DNA of 26,200 bases from Promethearchaeota archaeon (GTDB taxonomy: Archaea; Asgardarchaeota; Lokiarchaeia; Sigyniarchaeales; SOKP01): positions 1-26,200 of the forward strand of contig RDOE01000047.1 of NCBI GenBank assembly GCA_011364975.1. Direction: 5' to 3'. Position 1 is the stretch's first letter. The number at the start of each line of letters is the position of its first letter. This document shows positions 9,439 through 19,044 of this stretch, one piece after another. A model generated the notes under the pieces. That model made no database searches. It was not told where the DNA came from and was given only the letters and a program-made list of their open reading frames with translations. The position numbers and the translations under genes are program-made.

Positions 9439-11526
9439 ATGATACCATTAATTTTAATAGTTGCTTTAATTGCGGGTATTATTTCGATTGGCATGGCTCT
9501 CTACTTTAGGAAACTGGTTTTGAAAGAAGATCCTGGAAATGAACGGATGGTCGAAGTATCAGGCTATATTGAGAAAGGAGCAAAAACCTACATCAAAATC
9601 CAATATAAAGTTTTAGCAATATTTGTTGCTGTTCTCTTTGTAGTTATTTTACTCTTTCTCCCATCTGAATTAACGGGTGGAGCACTTCCATTAGCAGTAG
9701 GAGATCTTAATTGGGAACAAGCTATGGCATATGCTATAGGAGCTCTTGGTTCAATGGTAGCAGGATATTTAGGGATGTATGTTGGAGTGAAAGCCAACAC
9801 ACGGGCTGCCCAAGGATGTACTGTTGGAACTAAAAAAGGCTTTGATATCGCCTTTTTTGGAGGCTCAGTTATGGGATTAGCTGTTGTAGGAGTAGCTCTG
9901 ATTGGAGTTTCTATTATCATTTGGGTCTTTCAAACACCAATTGTCGTACTGGGCTTCAGTTTTGGAGCTAGTAGTATTGCGCTCTTCATGAAATGTGGTG
10001 GTGGAATCTATACCAAGACTGCTGATGTTGGTGCTGACTTAGTTGGGAAAGCAGAATATAATCTACCTGAAGATGATCCAAGAAATCCTGCTACAATTGC
10101 GGATAATGTTGGAGATAACGTAGGAGATATTGCTGGTATGGGAAGTGATTTATTTGACTCTTATGTTGCCTCTATAGTTGCTGCTATGCTTCTTGCTGCT
10201 GCTTTAGTAATTGGAGATGCGCAGGGCTATTTTGTCGTGTATCCCCTTGTTATTTGTGGGGTAGGCTTAATCGCTTCTTTGATTGGTATTTTCTTAATAA
10301 AGTGGAAGGGCTCTGAAGACCCTGGAAAATCTCTAAATCTTGGAACATACCTTGCCACTGTCATTTTCGCTGGATTAGGCGCAATATTTTCTTTATTAAT
10401 GACAATAGGTCTTGATCCGATTTATATAAGTAAAGTATGGAGTAATTATTGGGCTGTGTTATTAGGACTTGCTAGTGGATTAGTGATTGGTTTTACAAGT
10501 GATTATTTTACTAGAGATGATAAAAAACCCACACGCAATATGGCATATGCAGCTCAGGAGGGAGATGCGGTTGTTATCCTCTCTGGATTTGCATATGGTT
10601 TAATAAGTGTCGTACCTCCTGCAATTGGAATAGTCATTGCAATGTTCCTAGCCTATATTCTTGATGGAGTATTTGGTGTAGCTATGGCGGCTGTAGGGAT
10701 GTTAGCTATTGTAGGAACAATTGTATCAAATGATGCATATGGTCCAATTGTCGATAATGCGAGAAGTATTGCTGAACAGGGTGAACTAGGAGATGAAATT
10801 ATCCGTACAGCAGATCGTTTAGATTCTGCGGGAAATACAGCAAAAGCAATAACAAAAGGTTTTGCGATAGGTGCTGCCAACTTAACGGTACTTGCCTTGC
10901 TCTTTTCTTATACAGAAGAAGCTGGTATAACCTTAGCTGGTATAAACCTATTAGATATTAGAGTCCTTATAGGTGCATTTATCGGTGTTGTGGTTCCAGC
11001 CTTATTTTCAGCGTTATTAGTATTAGCCGTCCAAAGAAATGCTGCTAAGATGGTTGATGAAATTCGACGACAATTTGAAGAAAACCCGAAAATACTAAAA
11101 GGCGAAGAGGCTGCTGATTTCAGCAGAACCATAGATATTGCCACTAAAGGTTCATTAAAAGAATTAATCCTCCCTAGTATTATTTCTATTGTAATTCCTA
11201 TTGTTGTAGGAATTTTGTTTGGCGTTGCTGGCTTAGGAGCCTTCCTGGCTGGTGCAATTCTTTCAGGGTTCGTATTTGCAGTATTTATGAGTAATGCAGG
11301 TGGAGCTTGGGATAATGCGAAAAAGTGGATTGAAGATGGAAACCTCGGAGGCAAAGGAACTGATACTCATAAAGCTGCAATTACAGGTGATACGGTGGGT
11401 GATCCGTTCAAAGACACTGCCGGTCCTAGCATTAATACACTTCTAGTAGTGATGTCACTTACGGCTTCAATATTTATGGGACTATTACTTCTCTTTAATG
11501 GCGGAGCAGGACTTTTTGTCTTATAA
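9439..11526 (+). CDS. hppA: Membrane-bound proton-translocating pyrophosphatase, predicted K+-independent
   Basis: GGGIYTKTADVGADLVGKAE, EDDPRNPATIADNVGDNVGD, DAYGPIVDNA, GNTAKAITKG (Lys/Thr signature of K+-independent enzymes), GGAWDNAKK, GDTVGDPFKDT, plus many TM helices. Confidence 0.97.
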   Translation: MIPLILIVALIAGIISIGMALYFRKLVLKEDPGNERMVEVSGYIEKGAKTYIKIQYKVLAIFVAVLFVVILLFLPSELTGGALPLAVGDLNWEQAMAYAIGALGSMVAGYLGMYVGVKANTRAAQGCTVGTKKGFDIAFFGGSVMGLAVVGVALIGVSIIIWVFQTPIVVLGFSFGASSIALFMKCGGGIYTKTADVGADLVGKAEYNLPEDDPRNPATIADNVGDNVGDIAGMGSDLFDSYVASIVAAMLLAAALVIGDAQGYFVVYPLVICGVGLIASLIGIFLIKWKGSEDPGKSLNLGTYLATVIFAGLGAIFSLLMTIGLDPIYISKVWSNYWAVLLGLASGLVIGFTSDYFTRDDKKPTRNMAYAAQEGDAVVILSGFAYGLISVVPPAIGIVIAMFLAYILDGVFGVAMAAVGMLAIVGTIVSNDAYGPIVDNARSIAEQGELGDEIIRTADRLDSAGNTAKAITKGFAIGAANLTVLALLFSYTEEAGITLAGINLLDIRVLIGAFIGVVVPALFSALLVLAVQRNAAKMVDEIRRQFEENPKILKGEEAADFSRTIDIATKGSLKELILPSIISIVIPIVVGILFGVAGLGAFLAGAILSGFVFAVFMSNAGGAWDNAKKWIEDGNLGGKGTDTHKAAITGDTVGDPFKDTAGPSINTLLVVMSLTASIFMGLLLLFNGGAGLFVL

Positions 11527-11549
11527 AAAAAATTAGTAAATTTAATCAA

Positions 11550-11563
11550 TTTTTCTTTTTTTT
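11550..11563 (+). terminator. Archaeal-type oligo-T terminator after hppA
   Basis: T-rich tract (T-run, C, T-run) about 25 nt downstream of the stop codon. Confidence 0.5.
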
Positions 11564-11724
11564 ATTAAATACACAAACAAGACTGTAATTACTTTTCAAC
11601 ATTTTATAAAGTATATTTACTGGACAGTTAATCAATTCAAAAAATATAACCAATCAAAAAAAAATTTATATTATTTTTTCTATAAATATTAAAAATTTAT
11701 ACTCCTCTTCCTTTTTAATATTAT

Positions 11725-11745
11725 AGAAAACCTTTAATAATATAT
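11725..11745 (+). promoter_or_regulatory. Putative BRE/TATA promoter of nre
   Basis: AGAAAACC-TTTAATAA-TATAT lies about 30-45 nt upstream of the TTG start, implying a short leader. Confidence 0.5.
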
Positions 11746-11768
11746 AATCATCATTTAAGAGTTTTACA

Positions 11769-13100
11769 TTGGTACGACCTCCGACAGAAAAGAATATTTG
11801 TCTGAAATGCAAGGGCTCGCGTCTCCTATGTGGGAAAAAAACATGTCCAATTCTCCTTAAAAAATCTGTTTTAAAATCTTTAGTCCCATTTGAGATTGAT
11901 AAAACAATGAGAAATGTGGAAGTATTTGGAGCAAGCCCCCCCGGATTTTTCGTAGGTCGTTTTAACTATCCAAATGTATATTTAGGACCTTTAATTCCTT
12001 ACCAAGAATTTGAGACTGGACTCAATATCTCAGATTATCATATTCTGGATGCTCCGGAATTATGGTTTGGACGACCAATGACAGACATTATAAAATACAG
12101 GAGTAGTTTAGTTAGAAGTAATTTTAAAGTGCATGTTAATATTGGTCAGAAAAAGAGAAAAAACACACCTTCGTTAAGTTCGCAAAGACTCTTAGAAACA
12201 TCACAACATTTATCCATGGCAGCTCGCCCCGTAGACGCCGAGTCTTCAATTGAAAGAATGAGTTTGAGAATGATGATGGATAATCATGCACTACCAATGG
12301 GACCAAGTGGGACCACTAAAAAAATTGAGATTACAGAGAATATAAAAGTTCATCCTAAAGTAGAATATTGTGTTTCTGATACGGATTTAAAAGCAACTGA
12401 GGCTGTTTCCGAGTATCTATATAAGAATGGGCATGTACCAGAATCTACCATCGAACGAGTGTTTTCAGCAGGGCTTCTTGGTCAGAAAAATTTGAGAAGA
12501 CTTGTTCCAACTCGTTGGTCAATAACTGCTGTTGATGATATCATTTCAAAAGGATTAATTGAAGAAATAAAGAAATTTCCTGAAATTAATGATTATCAGA
12601 TTTTTGAATCTACTTATTTAGACAATCATTTTAAAATTCTGATTTTTCCAGGTAAATTCACATATGAAATGAATGAAGTGTGGGCTCCTAATACGTTATG
12701 GAACATATCACTTGATGGAAATACTCGAAATTTAAAACCTCAGATAATGACCGATTTTGAGTTTTATCAAGGTCGTAAAAATTATGCAAGTAATATAACT
12801 GGTGCGTATTATGCAGCTCGTAAGTCTGTTTGTGAATATCTTTATAATATTAAGCGTCAAGCTAGGATTCTAATATTTCGAGAAGTTTCTGGCGGATATG
12901 TGGTACCTCTGGGTGTTTGGGTAATACGAGAGACTGTTGAAAATGCGATGTTCACCACAAAATCCATTAAATTTGATAATTTTGATGATGCAATAAAGAA
13001 GATGGCGGATGGATTTATGGTTGATTTGAAATATTGGAAGCAAAGCAGTAAATTAATAAATTTTATTAAATCTCAGAAAACTATAGACACCTTTTTATAA
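11769..13100 (+). CDS. nreA: Archaeal DNA repair protein Nre (PCNA-interacting)
   Basis: N-terminal C4 zinc finger CLKCKGSRLLCGKKTCP, GASPPGFFVGRFNYP, RRLVPTRWSITAVD, GAYYAAR, PLGVWVIRE, and a C-terminal PIP box QKTIDTFL. A TTG start is required to include the Zn finger. Confidence 0.92.
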   Translation: MVRPPTEKNICLKCKGSRLLCGKKTCPILLKKSVLKSLVPFEIDKTMRNVEVFGASPPGFFVGRFNYPNVYLGPLIPYQEFETGLNISDYHILDAPELWFGRPMTDIIKYRSSLVRSNFKVHVNIGQKKRKNTPSLSSQRLLETSQHLSMAARPVDAESSIERMSLRMMMDNHALPMGPSGTTKKIEITENIKVHPKVEYCVSDTDLKATEAVSEYLYKNGHVPESTIERVFSAGLLGQKNLRRLVPTRWSITAVDDIISKGLIEEIKKFPEINDYQIFESTYLDNHFKILIFPGKFTYEMNEVWAPNTLWNISLDGNTRNLKPQIMTDFEFYQGRKNYASNITGAYYAARKSVCEYLYNIKRQARILIFREVSGGYVVPLGVWVIRETVENAMFTTKSIKFDNFDDAIKKMADGFMVDLKYWKQSSKLINFIKSQKTIDTFL

Positions 13101-13147
13101 TTTATCATCCTTTCCTATTTACATTTAAATTTCTGGGGTATTTTAAA

Positions 13148-14005
13148 TTGATCATTGATATGCACATGCATCCATTTTGTCGTGAAGCGCATTATGGAAA
13201 TAAAAAGTTAATTATAAATGCTATGGCTGGAGAAAATTCAAGGAAATTATTAGCCACAAAGCGTTATGTTAATGCTATAATGGAAAAATATACGATCGAA
13301 GATTACATTAAAATAATGAATAAATTTAAAATTGATAAAGCAGTTATCGTGTCTCTTAATGTGAAAACTGCGTATGGTTTTTATATGGTTAATAATGATG
13401 ACATTGCGGATTTTGTGTCTAAATATCCTGAACGTTTCATAGGATTTGGATGTATAGATGTGCCTGCTCAAAATGCCATAGATGAACTTGATTATGCCAT
13501 CAATTCGCTTAGCTTGAAAGGGATAAAATTAGTTCCACCTGCGCAAAAGTTTGATTTATCTAATAAAAAGTTTGATCCATTATGGGCCAAAATGATAGAT
13601 TCAAATATTCTACTATGGACACATGGCGGTCATCAACAATCTTTTATCGGATCAGACGCTAAATACGGCCATCCTATGTTAATAGATGATTTAGCGTTAA
13701 GATTCAAGGATTTAATTATTATAATTGGTCATATGGGTGTTCCTTGGATGTGGGAGGCATGGTCTGTTACAGCTAGACATGAAAACGTGTATGTTGATAT
13801 TTCTTCTCATCCTAATTTATATAAATGGTTTCCATTTGATGCTTTTAAATCTTATAACATAACTAATAAACTTCTTTTTGCAACCGATTATCCTCTAGTT
13901 CATTATAGTGAAATTTTTTCAGAATTTGACAAAATAAATATAGATGATGGATTTAGAAATAAAATCTTAGGAGAAAATGCTCAAAAATTATTAAAATTTT
14001 CATAA
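13148..14005 (+). CDS. Amidohydrolase_2-type TIM-barrel metal-dependent hydrolase
   Basis: IIDMHMH, PERFIGFG, KGIKL, THGGH, GHMG, VYVDIS, FATDYP and ILGENA motifs. Confidence 0.9.
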   Translation: MIIDMHMHPFCREAHYGNKKLIINAMAGENSRKLLATKRYVNAIMEKYTIEDYIKIMNKFKIDKAVIVSLNVKTAYGFYMVNNDDIADFVSKYPERFIGFGCIDVPAQNAIDELDYAINSLSLKGIKLVPPAQKFDLSNKKFDPLWAKMIDSNILLWTHGGHQQSFIGSDAKYGHPMLIDDLALRFKDLIIIIGHMGVPWMWEAWSVTARHENVYVDISSHPNLYKWFPFDAFKSYNITNKLLFATDYPLVHYSEIFSEFDKINIDDGFRNKILGENAQKLLKFS

Positions 14006-14057
14006 ATTTTCAATTTATAAAGCGATAATAAGAATGAAAGTTTTTATTTGAGTTAAT

Positions 14058-14945
14058 ATGATTTGGAAAACTAAAATCACCGAGATGACCAAAACTAAAT
14101 ATCCTTTAGTTATGGCAGCATTTGCTAGATGGAGCTCAACGGAATTTGCTGCTGCATTTTCAAATGCAGGAGGATTGGGTATAGTTACCGCATTAAATTA
14201 CGCTAAAGATACATTTAGAAAAGAATTACAAAAAATGAAATCATTAACGGATAAACCATTTGGAGTGAATATAACAGTCACACCACCAAGAAATTATTAT
14301 AATGAAGATAAATTCAAAGAAGAGGATTATCTTAAATATGTTGAAATTGCTCTTAGTGAAGGGATTACAATTTTTACTAGTTCCGCTTATCAAGCTCCGT
14401 TCATAGGAAAGAGAGTCCATGAAGCAGGATGTTATTGGTTTCATAAATGTTCATTAATAAGACATGCCTTATCTGCAGAGAGATTAGGCGCAGATGCAAT
14501 AACAATCATTGGTCTAGAAGCAGCGGGATATAAAAATCCATACATGCACACTACGTTAGTAAATCTTACTGTAGCAAAGGAAATATTAAAAGTACCTATA
14601 ATAGCAGCGGGAGGTTTTGGCGATGCGCGTGGAATAATTGGTGCGCTAGTCATGGGTGCTGAAGCAGTTTGTTTAGGTACAGCAATATTAACTACAAAAG
14701 AAAGTCCATTAGATCAACTTAGAAAAAATGAATGGTTAAATACGGATATCTTAACAGAAGAATATCATAGAGCTCTTTATCATATGACTTTGAAGGGTAC
14801 TCGTGTTCCTTCGCCTGCAGTGTCCTTTCAAAAAGAAGAGAAGCCATTGAAAATGTTCCTTGAAAGTTTAATGAAAGAAGCAGAAATAATTTTGAAATCC
14901 TATGGATTTGCGAGTGAGGAATTTAATACTTTACAAAAGATATAG
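14058..14945 (+). CDS. Nitronate monooxygenase / FabK-like FMN-dependent oxidoreductase (paralog 2)
   Basis: YPLVMAA, AGGLGIV, KPFGVNI, FHKCS and PIIAAGGFGDARG...MGAEAVCLGT. Colinear with the 8399-9289 gene. Confidence 0.85.
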   Translation: MIWKTKITEMTKTKYPLVMAAFARWSSTEFAAAFSNAGGLGIVTALNYAKDTFRKELQKMKSLTDKPFGVNITVTPPRNYYNEDKFKEEDYLKYVEIALSEGITIFTSSAYQAPFIGKRVHEAGCYWFHKCSLIRHALSAERLGADAITIIGLEAAGYKNPYMHTTLVNLTVAKEILKVPIIAAGGFGDARGIIGALVMGAEAVCLGTAILTTKESPLDQLRKNEWLNTDILTEEYHRALYHMTLKGTRVPSPAVSFQKEEKPLKMFLESLMKEAEIILKSYGFASEEFNTLQKI

Positions 14946-14949
14946 TAAT

Positions 14950-14958
14950 AAAAAAAAA
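14950..14958 (-). terminator. Oligo-T terminator for the minus-strand amidohydrolase
   Basis: A9 on the plus strand (T9 on minus) between the convergent stops at 14945 and 14967. Confidence 0.4.
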
Positions 14959-14966
14959 TATTTTAT

Positions 14967-16712
14967 CTATATTTCAATCGGAATTAATTCTACTTTTTCT
15001 AATTTTTTAATCTTGTTTACTTTAGGATGTTTGATTATATGACCTCGAATTAAAACCATAGAAACTTTACCTAAAGCATCAATATTTTCTAAGGGATTCT
15101 CTTGAACGATTTGTAAATCCGCAGATTTTCCTACTTCAATGCTTCCGGTGATCTTATCAATTCCAATCACTTCCGCTGTGTTCTTAGTAGCAAAATATAT
15201 TGCTTCCTGGGCACTCATATTAGTATATCTCAAATAATACTTCAATTCTTTCCAAACTCCATAATGAGTTGAATATGGGACAGATGCATCTGTACCACAT
15301 GCGAACCTTATATTATTTTGATATGCTTTTTGCAAACAGCGTATCATCCCTTTTTCAATAAGTTTAGCATTTTCAAACTTTATGGGCGTAATTTTAGTAT
15401 CTTTATAGTGCAGAGTTGCTAATGCCATACCAGCAGAGATAGTAGGAGTAACAGCCGTATAACCACGTAAAGATTTGGGGTTACTTTTAAAGAAAGGGAT
15501 CAGATTATCGGGGATATCAGCACCATGTTCTATGGAATCAACTCCTCCTTCTAAAGCTTCTTTCATTCCATCTGTGCTTTCGCAATGTGTTGCTACTAAT
15601 AAATTAGCACGATGAGCCTCATAACAGGCGGTTTCAATCTCTTCAACCGTCATTTGAGGACGACCGGCTTCTCCGATCATTTTTGCATCCATTACACCTC
15701 CCGTTGAAAGAATCTTTATGTGATCTACCTCTTCTCTAGCATTCTGTCTTATACGCTTTCTAATTTCCCCTTTATCATCTGCTATAAATCCAAGCATTCC
15801 ACCATGACCTCCTGTAGGACATAAACCTAAGCCCGAAACCAATAACCTCGGACCAATAAATCTTCCCCCTTCAATTTTTTTTCTTAACTTAACATCAAAA
15901 TAAAAGGGGTCCCCCATAGTTCGAAGTGTGGTTACACCTGCATTTAATGCGTTTATCACATTAGATTTCATCCTGTTTTTTACTAATATAACCCCAATCG
16001 GGGTAGCAAGAATTTTCATCAACTTTTTCATAACTGAGTCACTTAAATTCATGATCTTCATCGGTTTTCCATTTCCAAAGAGATGACAATGGGCATTGAT
16101 TAGTCCTGGAAGAATAAAGCTTCCTTTGAGATCAATTTTTTTATAGTCAGAAGGAATAATAATATCGGTCTGAGTACCAATTTTTTCAATTAAACCGGGA
16201 GTTAGCCCACTTTCTACAAGATTTTTGATTAAAATAACACCATTAGAAATAATTTTACTATCTTTATTTCCATCAATAATATTGCAATTTATTAAAGCGA
16301 GATTGGCTTTCGCAACTTTTTCTCGATACTTTACTTTTTTAATAGACGATATGATAATTATCATAAAAATGATCTCAAGTGATATTCCTAAAATTATTAT
16401 GAGCCAATACCAAAAAATAGGCATCCAGCTATTATTTAAGTGAGCAATATCTAAGGTTAGATCATACATTTTAAAGCCGAAAAATCCAAGTAAATCCAAA
16501 ATACCTAAAGGAATACCGATAAAAGGAATTATCCAAGGATAAAAGTTCAATAATCCAATTATTCCATATGAAAGAGTTCCTAACACATCAGTTAAGTTCC
16601 CATACGTAATCCAAGCTAATAATGAAATTAGAACTGTTAAAAAAACAAAAAAGGTAATATAGGATAAAAAGAAGTTCGAATTTTTGCTATTATCTATCAC
16701 TAATCTTCCCAA
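14967..16712 (-). CDS. Amidohydrolase (Xaa-Pro dipeptidase-like metal-dependent hydrolase) with an N-terminal membrane domain
   Basis: LPGLINAHCH, GVTTLRTMG, TGGHG, DHIKILSTGGV, ATHCES, DSIEHG, GTDA and GSIEVGKSADL. The first ~125 aa contain about three hydrophobic segments. Confidence 0.88.
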   Translation of the reverse strand: MGRLVIDNSKNSNFFLSYITFFVFLTVLISLLAWITYGNLTDVLGTLSYGIIGLLNFYPWIIPFIGIPLGILDLLGFFGFKMYDLTLDIAHLNNSWMPIFWYWLIIILGISLEIIFMIIIISSIKKVKYREKVAKANLALINCNIIDGNKDSKIISNGVILIKNLVESGLTPGLIEKIGTQTDIIIPSDYKKIDLKGSFILPGLINAHCHLFGNGKPMKIMNLSDSVMKKLMKILATPIGVILVKNRMKSNVINALNAGVTTLRTMGDPFYFDVKLRKKIEGGRFIGPRLLVSGLGLCPTGGHGGMLGFIADDKGEIRKRIRQNAREEVDHIKILSTGGVMDAKMIGEAGRPQMTVEEIETACYEAHRANLLVATHCESTDGMKEALEGGVDSIEHGADIPDNLIPFFKSNPKSLRGYTAVTPTISAGMALATLHYKDTKITPIKFENAKLIEKGMIRCLQKAYQNNIRFACGTDASVPYSTHYGVWKELKYYLRYTNMSAQEAIYFATKNTAEVIGIDKITGSIEVGKSADLQIVQENPLENIDALGKVSMVLIRGHIIKHPKVNKIKKLEKVELIPIEI

Positions 16713-16814
16713 TTTTTTAGTTTGTAAGTTTTAAGAAATTTTAATAATTAATAGATTTAAATTATGGTTCTAATATAAAAATAGTCTTTATTTTAGCGAT
16801 AAACCTAAAACAAC

Positions 16815-16886
16815 AAACCTTTATAACTTCGAATAAACCGGTTAGGATTTAAAAATGGAATAATTCGAATATCTTCTGTTCGAATA
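16815..16886. promoter_or_regulatory. Putative BRE/TATA (AAACC-TTTATAA) followed by three TTCGAATA repeats
   Basis: TATA-like TTTATAA at 16820-16826. TTCGAATA occurs at 16828, 16864 and 16879, and the palindrome AACCGGTT at 16836-16843. Confidence 0.4.
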
Positions 16887-16986
16887 ATATTTATTAATTA
16901 AATTTCAATTATATTATCCAATAATTTTGAAATCATGAAATATTTAACAGGAAATACGTTAAGAAATTAAAAATAAGGTGAAATTT

Positions 16987-17478
16987 ATGGCTTTAACTGG
17001 TGAAAAAGTAGGGATTCCATCTGTTGATGAAGCTCCCATGATTGTTATGGCTCGTTTTAAACAGCCTGTTGCTGGAATTTTATCAATAATTATAGTATTT
17101 ATTATTAGTTGGATTACTTGGCTAGTATTTTTTGATCCACGTTGGCATAATCCCTATCCCACACAAGATATGGAAATTACAGCTTGGGCAACTGTTATTG
17201 GGGGATTTGGTTTGATAGGTGTTGTTTGGGCAATTTGGTTTGAAAATTGGTCTAAAAAATTTTCTCAATGGATGAACTTTTTCTTTAGATTTTTGTTAGT
17301 TATCCTAATAGGAACCATAAGCTTTCTTGGTTATTATCTGCTCTCACCCATTTTTTTTGGAAACACTACTGATTTCTGGCGAATGAATCCAACACCTTTC
17401 ACACTCTGGTTTTTGTGGATTGAGATTTTGTTTGCTTATGTTTGGAGAAAATGGCCAATATATAAAGCTGTTGGGTGA
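16987..17478 (+). CDS. Small Trp-rich integral membrane protein of unknown function (about 4 TM)
   Basis: Four hydrophobic segments, with similar Trp motifs (WFENW, WRKWP) ending TM2 and TM4. A GGTGA SD at 16977-16981 supports ATG 16987. Its stop overlaps the SD of the next gene. Confidence 0.7.
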   Translation: MALTGEKVGIPSVDEAPMIVMARFKQPVAGILSIIIVFIISWITWLVFFDPRWHNPYPTQDMEITAWATVIGGFGLIGVVWAIWFENWSKKFSQWMNFFFRFLLVILIGTISFLGYYLLSPIFFGNTTDFWRMNPTPFTLWFLWIEILFAYVWRKWPIYKAVG

Positions 17479-17483
17479 TTTAG

Positions 17484-19034
17484 TTGTATAGGGCCGGTGA
17501 TTATTCTATCCCTCAAGAGTTTTCCTGGACTGGAGATTGGGCTACTCGACGTGCTTTATTAACTCCAAATCGAGAAGCAATTTATGATCATGTCCAAAAT
17601 ATTCGATACACATTTGCTGATCTTAATAATCGAGCTAATAAATTAGCAAGAGTACTGCTAGATTATGAAATATCTAAAGGTGATCGTGTTGCCATTTTTG
17701 CTACAAATATCATTGAATTTATCGATTTATTCTTAGCAACAGGAAAAATTGGAGCTATCTTGGTGCCATTTAATGTGAGATTATCATCCCAAGAAATACT
17801 TTATTTAATCAAAAAGACAAAACCCTCACTGTTATTTTATGAGGATAAATTTGCTCTGAAAATTGATGAAATAAAGAATCAAAAGCTAATTAATAATCAT
17901 ATTGTTATGGGTAAAGAATCACTCCAAGATGATCCCTCTGTTTATAATTTAACGCAGAAACAAACTGATTCTGGTATTGAAAGACCGATTATCAATTTGG
18001 AAGATCCTCACCTTATCTTATTCACAGGAGGTACAACGGGGTTACCCAAAGGGGCAATTCTACCTCATAGATTAATCTACTGGAATTCAATTAACACTAT
18101 TCTATCTTGGAATTTAAAACCAGATGACATTCAACCATTGCTATTTCCTTTATTTCATACAGGAGGATGGAATGTCCTACTGGTGCCATTTTACCATCTC
18201 GGAGCTAAAACCATATTAATGGGAGATTTTAATCCTGAAGAGACTCTAAAGGTTATTGAGAAAGAAAAGTGTACAATAGTAATAGGCGTGCCTACTATGT
18301 TTCATATGATGGCAAATTCTTCTCAATTCCATACATCTAACATTGATTCTGTAAGAGTATTTATCTCAGGAGGTGCACCATGTCCCGTTGCTATAATGGA
18401 GCACTATTGGGAAAAAAATAAATATTTTAAGATGGGATATGGACTAACTGAAGTTGGTCCAAACAATTTTTATCTTCCTGAAGAAATTATAAAGAAAAAA
18501 CCCACTTCTGTTGGATTACCAGTTTTACATTGCGATATGAAAATTGTAAACACTGAAACTAATAAAGTTGTTAAACAAGGAAATGTGGGGGAATTATTAC
18601 TTAAAGGACCTCATATTTTTACTGGATACTGGGATGAACCTGAAGAATCTAAAAAAACTATAGAGCATGACGGTTGGGTTCACACAGGTGATCTTGCTAT
18701 GCAAGACGAGCAAGGATACTATTATATCGTTGGTAGAAAGAAAGAAATGTTTATTAGTGGGGGAGAAAACGTATATCCTGTAGAAATAGAAGAATTATTA
18801 TTTAAACATCCTGCAATTGATTTAGCTGCTGTTATCGGTGTTCCTGATGAAAAGTGGGGTGAAGTAGGAAAAGCATTTTTAACCCTTAAACCAAATAAAA
18901 CCATTATTGAAGATGAGATTAGAAATTACCTTATTGACCGCCTTGCTAAATATAAAGTTCCTAGATATTATGAAATACGTGATTCTTTACCAACAAGCGC
19001 CACAGGTAAAATCCTAAAAAGGGAATTATCATAG
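17484..19034 (+). CDS. Acyl-CoA synthetase / AMP-dependent ligase (long-chain fatty acid-CoA ligase / MenE-like)
   Basis: FTGGTTGLPKG, PLFHTGG, GYGLTE, HTGDL, GRKKEMFISGGENVYP and SATGKIL. A GGTGA SD precedes the TTG start. Confidence 0.93.
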   Translation: MYRAGDYSIPQEFSWTGDWATRRALLTPNREAIYDHVQNIRYTFADLNNRANKLARVLLDYEISKGDRVAIFATNIIEFIDLFLATGKIGAILVPFNVRLSSQEILYLIKKTKPSLLFYEDKFALKIDEIKNQKLINNHIVMGKESLQDDPSVYNLTQKQTDSGIERPIINLEDPHLILFTGGTTGLPKGAILPHRLIYWNSINTILSWNLKPDDIQPLLFPLFHTGGWNVLLVPFYHLGAKTILMGDFNPEETLKVIEKEKCTIVIGVPTMFHMMANSSQFHTSNIDSVRVFISGGAPCPVAIMEHYWEKNKYFKMGYGLTEVGPNNFYLPEEIIKKKPTSVGLPVLHCDMKIVNTETNKVVKQGNVGELLLKGPHIFTGYWDEPEESKKTIEHDGWVHTGDLAMQDEQGYYYIVGRKKEMFISGGENVYPVEIEELLFKHPAIDLAAVIGVPDEKWGEVGKAFLTLKPNKTIIEDEIRNYLIDRLAKYKVPRYYEIRDSLPTSATGKILKRELS

Positions 19035-19044
19035 GTGCTTTATT

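Noticed and set aside
8809-11549. Antisense ORFs within the NMO and hppA genes
   Set aside because: Low-information mirror translations of Gly/Ala/Val-rich coding sequence.
8399-14945. NMO paralogs as direct repeats bounding a mobile element
   Set aside because: Apart from short stretches the copies are substantially diverged, the enclosed genes are housekeeping, and no transposase or integrase is present.
16935-16970. 11-codon upstream ORF MKYLTGNTLRN before the membrane protein
   Set aside because: No SD or attenuator structure seen; such ORFs are expected by chance in AT-rich DNA.
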